Positions 58,039 to 64,000 of a stretch of 64,000 bases of DNA are shown in pieces. Origin of the DNA: a bacterium. GTDB taxonomy: Bacteria > Sysuimicrobiota > Sysuimicrobiia > Sysuimicrobiales > Segetimicrobiaceae. The stretch is taken from positions 3,312 to 67,311 of the forward strand of contig DASSJF010000038.1 of the NCBI GenBank assembly GCA_035691305.1. The letters are read 5' to 3'. Both the position numbers and the translations under genes were made by a program. Under the pieces are notes generated by a model. The model was not told the origin of the DNA, searched no databases, and saw nothing but the letters and a program-made list of their open reading frames with translations. Each line of letters opens with the position of its first letter. The first letter of the stretch is position 1.

Positions 58039-58683
58039 TTACCGCCGCGCCGTCAGCACCATGATCGTCGTCGCGGAGAACGAGCCGTCCGCGTTGAGCG
58101 TCCCCATCGCCGCCACGTGCGCGCCCGCGGCAAGGCTGGCCACCGGCACGGCGGTCAGTTTGGAGATCCGCGCCGACGCCGGGACCGCGACCGTCGTCGC
58201 CGCGCCGGCGCTCGATGCGACGGAGAGCGACGAGCCGGTCGCGCCCGCCACCAACCCCGCCACGAAGACGCGGCCCGAGCCAGAGTCGCGGACGCCGCCG
58301 CGGCCCGGCCCCGCGGAGCCGAGACCGGCCGGCGCAGCCCGCACGGCCTCCGCGGTCAGCGAGCCGTCCGCGGACTTCTGCGCGACGACGCGAACCATAT
58401 CGCCCGCTTTGATCTCGGTGATACGGGCCGCGGCCTGCGTGAGCACCTTCGTCGCCGTCGTGGTCTTCACGGTGTACGACGTACCGTCGCGGCCCGTCAC
58501 GACCAACGAGCCGGTCGAGACCGACTGGATCGTGCCGAACACGCGACTGCCGCGGTGCTGCCCGCCCTGCGCGGGCGGTTGGGTCTGCGCGGACGCGTGC
58601 CGCTTGACGGATACGAACGTGAAGCCCGCCGCCAGAACCGCGATCAGCGCGATAACGATTGGGTAGAACCGAGCCTTCTGCAC
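58039..58683 (-). CDS. Exported/anchored protein with DUF5666-like Thr/Ala/Gly-rich beta repeats
   Basis: ORF 58039..58716 trimmed to GTG at about 58681-58683, preceded by GGGAGGAAGG: (V)QKARFYPIVIALIAVLAAGFTFVSV... signal anchor; repeats of the ...SLVVTGRDGTSYTVKTT.../...GSLTAEAVRAA... type. Confidence 0.5.
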   Translation of the reverse strand: MQKARFYPIVIALIAVLAAGFTFVSVKRHASAQTQPPAQGGQHRGSRVFGTIQSVSTGSLVVTGRDGTSYTVKTTTATKVLTQAAARITEIKAGDMVRVVAQKSADGSLTAEAVRAAPAGLGSAGPGRGGVRDSGSGRVFVAGLVAGATGSSLSVASSAGAATTVAVPASARISKLTAVPVASLAAGAHVAAMGTLNADGSFSATTIMVLTARR

Positions 58684-58813
58684 TCCGCCTTCCTCCCGTG
58701 TTCTTGGTGTCTTCACCGGCTGTAATCGAGTCTAAATCGCAGGCGGGGGCGGAAAGGTTCCGCTACGTTTATGAAAATTTGTTCGGAGATGTGAAGGGCC
58801 GGGTCCCGATCCG

Positions 58814-59425
58814 TTAGACCCGCTCGACCAGCTGCGCCGCACCGAAGCCGGCGATAACGGCGCCCGAAAGCCGGCTCACCCAGGCAAGCACGCGGGCGCC
58901 CGCCGCCTGCCGCAGCGCGCCGACTCCGGCGCTTAGGATCAGCCACCACGCCGCGGATCCGAGGAACACGCCCGCCACCGTGAGGGCGGCGGAGCCAAAG
59001 TTCAGGCCGCCCGCCGGCGCGATTACCGCGAAGACCGCGGCGAAGCTGATGATCGTCATCGGGTTGGTGATCGTCAGGAACAACGTGGACGCGTACGCTG
59101 GGAGGAGCGCGGGACCCCGTGCGTCCGTACCCGCGGAGGCCGCGAGATCGCGCCGCGCGAGCATTGTGCGAATCCCGATCGCCAGCAGCAAGGCGCCGCC
59201 GGCGAGATGGAGCGGCCGGGCGTTCTGCACGAAGAAGCGGAACAACACAGTCAGTCCGAAGGCCGCGACGGCGCCGTACAACGCGTCTGCCGTGGCGGCC
59301 CCGAGGCCCGACACGAAACCGACCCGGCGACCAAACACGAGCGTCCGCCGGATGCACAAAACGCCGATGGGCCCGACCGGCGCCGCGATCGACAGCCCGA
59401 TGACAAATGCCTTCAAGAACAACAT
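58814..59425 (-). CDS. LysE-family amino-acid exporter
   Basis: ORF 58814..59476 trimmed to Met-18 (MLFLKAFVIGLSIAAPVGPIGVLCIRRTL...), 6 TM, typical LysE/RhtB N-terminal motif. Confidence 0.8.
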   Translation of the reverse strand: MLFLKAFVIGLSIAAPVGPIGVLCIRRTLVFGRRVGFVSGLGAATADALYGAVAAFGLTVLFRFFVQNARPLHLAGGALLLAIGIRTMLARRDLAASAGTDARGPALLPAYASTLFLTITNPMTIISFAAVFAVIAPAGGLNFGSAALTVAGVFLGSAAWWLILSAGVGALRQAAGARVLAWVSRLSGAVIAGFGAAQLVERV

Positions 59426-59522
59426 ACAGGGATTATACAGGCCTGTGACCGGGATCATATCGGCGCCTGCCCGCACCGCCTATGCTCGACAGCGGACCGG
59501 GCGCATATGCCCCAAGGAGCCG

Positions 59523-59717
59523 ATGATGACGACCCCCCTCGGATCCGGACTGACATGGCAGCAGGTCCTGGCGCTGGGCCTGGTCGCCGCCTTTGTCGGC
59601 GCGGCGAGGATCCTGGACCACCTTCACCAGTCCGCCGTCGTGCCCCCGTCCGAGGCAAGATCAGGCTCTGATCCGATGCGCGCCGAGCGGCCGCGTGGTA
59701 CGCGTAGCCTGGAGTAG
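59523..59717 (+). CDS. Small hypothetical single-TM protein upstream of nirK
   Basis: Not a separate entry in the ORF track (it is the tail of 58980..59717). ATGATG at 59523 preceded by AAGGAG (59514-59519); MMTTPLGSGLTWQQVLALGLVAAFVGAARILDHLHQSAVVPPSEARSGSDPMRAERPRGTRSLE; stop TAG 59715-59717. Confidence 0.35.
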   Translation: MMTTPLGSGLTWQQVLALGLVAAFVGAARILDHLHQSAVVPPSEARSGSDPMRAERPRGTRSLE

Positions 59718-59759
59718 TGTAGGTTCGCACTCCACCCTACTCCAGGGGGGGGCGTTTGT

Positions 59760-60824
59760 ATGAGCAACGGATCAGCCGCGATGAATCGCCGCGCATTCTT
59801 CCGCGCCTTCGGAGGCGTCGCCGCCGGCTCCGCGGCGGGCCTGCCGCTGGCGGCGCAGTTGAGCGCGCAGGCTGCTCCACCACAGATGCCGCTGGTGAAA
59901 CGTGTTGCCGCAAACCCGGCCGCCGTCCCGGCGCCAATCCGCCGGTCGCAGGCCGCGCATCATACCCTCACGCTCACGGCCCGAGAGGTTGTGGCTGAGA
60001 TCGAGCCGGGTCTCAAGTTCCTCTACATGACGTTCGACGGTCAAGTGCCGGGCCCGCTGCTCCGCATCAGGGTGGGCGATACCGTCCAGCTCACGTTCAG
60101 AAATCCGCGCGAAAACCTCATGCCGCATACCGTCGACTTCCACGCGGTCTACGGACCGGGCGGCGGCATGGAAGCGCTGCTGGCCAAACCCGGACAGGAA
60201 AAGGGCCTCTACTTCAAGGCGCTCTATCCCGGCAGCTTCGTGTACCACTGCGCGGTCGCCGACCTCGACTATCACATCGCCAGCGGCATGTACGGGATGA
60301 TCGTCGTGGAACCGGAACAGGGCCTGCCTCCGGTATCGCGGGAATTCTACCTCGGCCAGAACGAGATGTACGTGGGCCAGTCCGCGGGCCCGGACGGCTA
60401 CCGCACCTTCGATTTCGACGCCCTGCTGCGGGAGAATCCAACGCACGTGCTCTTGAACGGACAAAAGAAGGCGGTGACCCCGGACGGCTACGGGGCGCTG
60501 AAAGCCAAGGTCGGAGAGACCATACGGATCTTTTTCGTCAACGGCGGACCGAACTTGACGAGCAGTTTCCACCCGATTGGCAACATCTGGACGAGGGTGT
60601 GGGGCAACGGATCGTTCAGAACCGCGGCGGACGCGTACATGCAGACGGTCACGGTCGGCCCGGGCAGCACGCTGGTGGGCGACCTCGCCCTGCCGGTGCC
60701 CGGATCCGTCAGGCTGGTCGATCATGCGATCACCCGCGTCGTCAGGAAGGGCATGCTCGCGGTGATCGACGTCGCCGGACCCGCTCAGCCGCAGATCTTC
60801 AAGCCATTGACGCCCGGCGTATGA
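59760..60824 (+). CDS. nirK: Copper-containing nitrite reductase NirK with Tat signal peptide
   Basis: 354 aa; twin-arginine motif MNRRAFFRAF; type-1 and type-2 Cu ligands in HTVDFHAV, YHCAVADLDYHIASGMYGM and the C-terminal His region; two cupredoxin domains. Confidence 0.9.
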   Translation: MSNGSAAMNRRAFFRAFGGVAAGSAAGLPLAAQLSAQAAPPQMPLVKRVAANPAAVPAPIRRSQAAHHTLTLTAREVVAEIEPGLKFLYMTFDGQVPGPLLRIRVGDTVQLTFRNPRENLMPHTVDFHAVYGPGGGMEALLAKPGQEKGLYFKALYPGSFVYHCAVADLDYHIASGMYGMIVVEPEQGLPPVSREFYLGQNEMYVGQSAGPDGYRTFDFDALLRENPTHVLLNGQKKAVTPDGYGALKAKVGETIRIFFVNGGPNLTSSFHPIGNIWTRVWGNGSFRTAADAYMQTVTVGPGSTLVGDLALPVPGSVRLVDHAITRVVRKGMLAVIDVAGPAQPQIFKPLTPGV

Positions 60825-60875
60825 AAACGGGCGGGACCGCGGGCTCCGCGCCCGGCCGCGGCCGGCGCGGAGCCT

Positions 60876-61142
60876 GTGCTCGCGCCTCCGAAGTCGGAGG
60901 GAAACGACGCTACCGGCCCGCTCGAATTACCGTTGCGGTGGCAGCAATTTCTCGTCTACGAGCACGATCGAAGTGACGGCGTGCCGGCAGACCAGCTCCG
61001 GACCGGCCGGCGTCTCGACGAGGAGGGCATTCAGATCGGCGGCGCGGACGATCACCTGGGAGAGTTCGTAGCCGTCGGCGCACCGCAGATGAACAGGGAC
61101 ACGGCGCGCAACGAGCGCGTCGACAAACGCGCCCGCGTGTGA
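60876..61142 (+). CDS. Hypothetical ORF downstream of nirK (doubtful)
   Basis: 88 codons from GTG 60876 with a weak RBS. It competes with an open minus-strand frame (60929..61199) that continues the 61200..61403 gene through one TGA. Coding strand unresolved. Confidence 0.2.
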   Translation: MLAPPKSEGNDATGPLELPLRWQQFLVYEHDRSDGVPADQLRTGRRLDEEGIQIGGADDHLGEFVAVGAPQMNRDTARNERVDKRARV

Positions 61143-61199
61143 AAGGTACCCGAGACCGCCGACCGCGACGCCGCACCCGTGGCGTCCGGCGCCGTCCAG

Positions 61200-61403
61200 T
61201 CAGCCGGTAATGGCGGGCTGTGTAACAGCCTCCAGTTCGTTCAACCGGCGATCCAGCTCGAGCATGCGGCGCCGGTAGTCCAGTTCGGTGACTACGGCGT
61301 CATGGACGTAGCTTAACACGGGGTCTTCGGCGGCATGCGCAATCTTCTGCTCTTGTTGCCAAATCAGGTCTGCGAGCTCACGCACTACGTCCTTGAGGTG
61401 CAT
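61200..61403 (-). CDS. Small hypothetical helical protein
   Basis: ORF 61200..61418 trimmed to ATG 61401-61403 (MHLKDVVRELADLIWQQEQKIAHAAEDPVLSYVHDAVVTELDYRRRMLELDRRLNELEAVTQPAITG), GTGAGG RBS. Its TGA is followed by about 90 more in-frame sense codons. Confidence 0.4.
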   Translation of the reverse strand: MHLKDVVRELADLIWQQEQKIAHAAEDPVLSYVHDAVVTELDYRRRMLELDRRLNELEAVTQPAITG

Positions 61404-61604
61404 CCTCACGCCCCCCAATTGGTTCCGGCAGCGCCGAACCGAACTCGATAACTCGTAATTCTGTGCGTCGCAGAGATTTCCTGGAATGTTGCGTTATCTC
61501 GTGGTAAGAATTTGGTGAGGTTTTTCGGTCGCCGGCGCAGGCATGACGCACCGCGGCAAGAAATCTTATCGAAACGCGGCGGCAATCAATACGGGAGGCA
61601 GACG

Positions 61605-61937
61605 TTGTCGCATCTCGGCAGTGATTTTTGGCACGACTTCGAAGGGACACGCACCGATCAAGACGTCGCGCTCATCCAGACGATGCGCACTGTGCGCGCA
61701 ATTCGCGGCGCCGACCGTCCGCGCGCCGGCGTTCCGGAGGAGATCCGCGCGGCCCTCGCGCATCTTTGCGCCGCGATGGAGGGCCTGGTCGACTGGATGG
61801 AGCAGGAAGGCGGGACCGACTCCAACGCGATGCAGCTGCTGCAAGACCTTCACCGGGTCGGAGACGGCGTCGTGCGATGCCTCTCCGCGTGTCCCGTCCA
61901 GATAATTCTAGAGAAAGCCGACGAAGACGCCGGATAG
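61605..61937 (+). CDS. Hypothetical protein
   Basis: In-frame part of ORF 61512..61937 from TTG 61605 preceded by GGGAGG (6-nt spacer): (L)SHLGSDFWHDFEGTRTDQDVALIQTMRTVRAIRGADRP... 110 aa, no family recognised; divergent from the 61200..61403 gene. Confidence 0.4.
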   Translation: MSHLGSDFWHDFEGTRTDQDVALIQTMRTVRAIRGADRPRAGVPEEIRAALAHLCAAMEGLVDWMEQEGGTDSNAMQLLQDLHRVGDGVVRCLSACPVQIILEKADEDAG

Positions 61938-61944
61938 CAGAAGA

Positions 61945-62020
61945 TGGCGCGCCCGGAGGGATTTGAACCCCCGACCTACGGCTCCGGAGGCCGGCGCTCT
62001 ATCCGCTGAGCTACGGGCGC
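61945..62020 (-). tRNA. tRNA-Arg (anticodon CCG)
   Basis: Minus-strand 76-nt cloverleaf: acceptor GCGCCCG/CGGGCGC, D-arm GCUC-AGCGGAUAG-AGC, anticodon stem-loop with U33-CCG-G37, 5-nt variable loop, T-arm GGGGG-UUCAAAU-CCCUC, discriminator G, encoded CCA. Confidence 0.85.
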
Positions 62021-62064
62021 GCGCGTCCCTACTATTATAACAAAGACGTAGGGCCGAGACTCCG

Positions 62065-63096
62065 CTACACCGCCGGAGCCGCGGGCGCAGGCGGCGGAAC
62101 CGTCGGCGCGGGCGGGACCGGTCCGTGCCGCCGCCGCTCAACGATGGCCATGATCACACCGCCCGTACCCCAGGTCACCGCGGCGAAACCGGCCAACCAC
62201 CCAAGGTGTGGAATCGCAAAGGCGATCGCCAGCAGCAGCCCGCCGATCAGCGCTTCAAACGCGATCCGGCCCGGATGGACGCGGTGTCCCACGAGCACCG
62301 CGACGGCGCTGAACCCCAGTTGGATCGCGATCAGCAGAGCCGCCAGTAGCACCAGCACAAGGAGAATGCCCGCGACGCTCAGCACGAGCAGCACCACGGC
62401 GGGCCCGAGCAGCAGCCACACGAGAACGCCCGCGAGCACCGAGCCCGCGGGGCTTCGTTCGAGGGCCTGCACTACCGCCGCGGTGACGCCGGGGAAGAAC
62501 GCGGCGGTGATCCATGCCGTCCCGACGACGGTCGCCGCCCAGAGCAGAAACAGCAGCCCCGCGACAATCTTCCACGCCGCGATGATGCCGAAGATCGCCG
62601 GCGGCATCCACGGCGGCAAGCCGGGAGAGAGCCACGGCGGCGACGACGGCGGAGCCGCGGGCGGCGGAAACGGCATCGGCGGCACCGACGGGACCTGGGG
62701 GTTCGGCGGCGCCGGGTGTCCGGGCGGCGCCTTTCGGATCACCGCACCCGGCGCGATGCGCACGCTGCCGCCGGTGGCCTGCACCGTCCCGTCGACGACG
62801 GCCGTAGAGTCGAGGATGACATTGCCGCCGGTCGCGCGCACGTCGCCGCCCACGTGCCCGCCGACGTGCACCGAACCCGCGGTCGCAGACGCGTTGCCGG
62901 TCACGGTTCCGCCGACGTCGAGTGTGCCGCCGATTACGATGGCGTCCCCGTACACGATCGTGCCCGGCGGCACCGTCGCGTCCCCGATGCGGAGCAGCGT
63001 TTCCCCGGCCTGCGCCGCGGTGCCCGCAAGCGCCGCGGCCGCGACAACGGCGGCGGCAGTGGCGCAAGCCCGCGAGAGTACGCGCCGGATCATCAT
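62065..63096 (-). CDS. Beta-helical repeat (bactofilin/DUF2807-like) protein with signal peptide, Pro-rich linker and C-terminal polytopic membrane domain
   Basis: 343 aa. N-terminal signal-like MMIRRVLSRACATAAAVVAAAALAGTAAQA. Repeated G-[DNT]-V-x-[IV]-x-G units (VYGDAIVIGGTLDVGGTVTGNASATAGSVHVGGHVGGDVRATGGNVILDSTAVVDGTVQATGGSVRI). Then PPGHPAPPNPQVPSVPPMPFPPPAAPPSSPPWLSPGLPPWMPP, then 4-5 TM helices and a Pro-rich tail. Confidence 0.55.
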   Translation of the reverse strand: MMIRRVLSRACATAAAVVAAAALAGTAAQAGETLLRIGDATVPPGTIVYGDAIVIGGTLDVGGTVTGNASATAGSVHVGGHVGGDVRATGGNVILDSTAVVDGTVQATGGSVRIAPGAVIRKAPPGHPAPPNPQVPSVPPMPFPPPAAPPSSPPWLSPGLPPWMPPAIFGIIAAWKIVAGLLFLLWAATVVGTAWITAAFFPGVTAAVVQALERSPAGSVLAGVLVWLLLGPAVVLLVLSVAGILLVLVLLAALLIAIQLGFSAVAVLVGHRVHPGRIAFEALIGGLLLAIAFAIPHLGWLAGFAAVTWGTGGVIMAIVERRRHGPVPPAPTVPPPAPAAPAV

Positions 63097-63821
63097 CCCA
63101 GCAGCGTGAGCCGGTCTCCGACCCGCGGCACGAACTCCGAGCCGTCCCGGACGGCGCAGTAGTCAAGATCCTTTTCGAGGCCGATGGCCAGCACGTTCCG
63201 GCCGCCGGCCGTCTGCCGGAACACCTCGATCGGATCGGGCCACGCACGATACAGCGTGCGCGCGGCCAGGACGGCATCGGTTGCGCGGTAGTCGGCGCGC
63301 CCCGCGAAATACTCGACGAGCGCGTCGGCCACACCGCCGGCCGCGTACGCGTCGTCCAGGCTGAACCGGCCCTCCCGGCCGGCACAGACCACGGTGAGAT
63401 CGAGGCCGCCGTCCCGCGCCGCCGCGGCGGCGGCGCGGGCCGCCGCCGCCCGGTTGCGCAGGCACGCCGCGAAAACGACCGGCGCCAGCCGAACGGCGTG
63501 AAGCGCCCGCGTCCCGTTCGTGGTCGCGATGACTACCCTGCTTCCCGCGACGTCCGCGCGCGCGAAGGCGGACGGGCTGTTGCCGAACTCGAACCCCGCG
63601 GGCGGCAGGCCGCCCTCTTCCCCGGCGGTGCGCACCCGCAGCGCCGATCCCGCCGCGTAGCCTCGGGCGCTCTCCACGTCCGGCGCCGCGATCACTTCGG
63701 CGCAGCCGCGTTCCAAAAGGGTCAGAATCGATGTCGTGGCGCGAAGCACATCAATCACCACGGCGACGCGGCGGCGCACGTCGCCCGCCTCCTGCGGCAG
63801 GAACGCGACGTGAATTTCCAC
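63093..63821 (-). CDS. 2-phosphosulfolactate phosphatase (ComB) family protein
   Basis: 242 aa, MEIHVAFLPQEAGDVRRRVAVVIDVLRATTSILTLLERGCAEV... matches ComB-family N-terminal conservation (VIDVLRATT). Confidence 0.75.
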   Translation of the reverse strand: MEIHVAFLPQEAGDVRRRVAVVIDVLRATTSILTLLERGCAEVIAAPDVESARGYAAGSALRVRTAGEEGGLPPAGFEFGNSPSAFARADVAGSRVVIATTNGTRALHAVRLAPVVFAACLRNRAAAARAAAAAARDGGLDLTVVCAGREGRFSLDDAYAAGGVADALVEYFAGRADYRATDAVLAARTLYRAWPDPIEVFRQTAGGRNVLAIGLEKDLDYCAVRDGSEFVPRVGDRLTLLG

Positions 63822-64000
63822 TCAGAACTTCCGGACGTAGGGCGCCGCCGAGATCACACGCGCGAGCCTGGCGCGCATCTCCTCCGCCATCGCCTGCGCG
63901 GAGGTCTGCGCGAATGCCGCGTCTTGGGGCGTAACCTCGAACAGCGGCATCTCCCCGCCCACCACGTTCCAGGTGCCCCCGGCCGCGACCGCGCGAACGT
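63822..64000 (-). CDS. Partial CDS (C-terminal 58 codons; N-terminus beyond the window end)
   Basis: Minus-strand frame open from 64000 down to TGA at 63822-63824: ...VRAVAAGGTWNVVGGEMPLFEVTPQDAAFAQTSAQAMAEEMRARLARVISAAPYVRKF. Function not recognisable from this fragment. Confidence 0.35.
   Translation of the reverse strand, partial: VRAVAAGGTWNVVGGEMPLFEVTPQDAAFAQTSAQAMAEEMRARLARVISAAPYVRKF

Noticed and set aside
61200-61202. Selenocysteine interpretation of the in-frame TGA at 61200 (and of TGA TGA at 56276)
   Set aside because: No convincing bacterial SECIS hairpin with the expected apical loop was found immediately downstream, and there is no Cys-x-x-Sec-type context. Two adjacent Sec codons in a methyltransferase core is implausible. 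These are kept as pseudogene/read-through findings, not as Sec calls.
1-64000. CRISPR arrays, IS elements/transposases, integrases, rRNA genes
   Set aside because: No repeat-spacer periodicity, terminal inverted repeats, DDE/tyrosine-recombinase-like ORFs or rRNA-like conserved stretches were seen. The only tandem repeat is the 39-bp unit at 10415-10500.

Overview
This is a high-GC (about 70%) bacterial chromosomal window, almost fully coding and mostly on the minus strand. Adjacent genes very often overlap by 4 nt (ATGA/GTGA). Content is core energy and biosynthetic metabolism.

- Minus-strand supra-operon at the left end: a complete V/A-type ATPase operon (G-I-K-E-C-F-A-B-D, Thermus/Enterococcus gene order), followed by a Clp1-like P-loop kinase, a DUF881 protein, and a small membrane protein that runs off the window.
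- Complex-I membrane-arm cluster only (nuoA-H-J-K-L-M-N). nuoB, C, D, I, E, F and G are absent from this window.
- A holin-like gene, rapZ and a membrane-anchored yvcK-like gene, with no whiA.
- A TCA cluster: sdhC-sdhA-sdhB (Bacillus-type single cytochrome b), mdh, sucC, sucD. Divergent from it are an SDH-family Clp-fold protease and a eukaryotic-type NADP-dependent isocitrate dehydrogenase.
- An odd operon of an S9 peptidase, a PduO-type cobalamin adenosyltransferase and a DUF692 protein.
- A Bacillus-like his operon, hisZ-G-D-B-H-A-F-IE, with a metallophosphoesterase as its terminal gene. It is preceded by a yerC (TrpR-like) gene and a stand-alone ccmH-like gene.
- An ilvB-ilvN-ilvC-leuA-cimA-leuB-DUF1272 operon behind a clear T-box leader.
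- On the plus strand: a STAND/LuxR regulator, a 1-Cys peroxiredoxin translationally coupled to an MBL-rhodanese (persulfide dioxygenase-like) fusion, two methyltransferases (one interrupted by tandem in-frame TGA TGA), a LysE exporter, Tat-dependent copper nitrite reductase NirK and several small ORFs.
- At the right end: a tRNA-Arg(CCG), a beta-helical repeat membrane protein, a ComB-family phosphatase and a partial CDS.

The taxon looks like a high-GC, Firmicutes-like thermophile (T-box on ilv-leu, yerC, hisZ operon, Bacillus-type sdhCAB, rapZ-yvcK), but Deinococcus-Thermus cannot be excluded.

No CRISPR array, mobile element or rRNA was seen. Many long opposite-strand or alternate-frame ORFs in the track are high-GC artefacts. 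Start codons were placed partly from N-terminal family conservation, RBS and 4-nt overlaps. Coordinates of sequence motifs may be off by a base or two.
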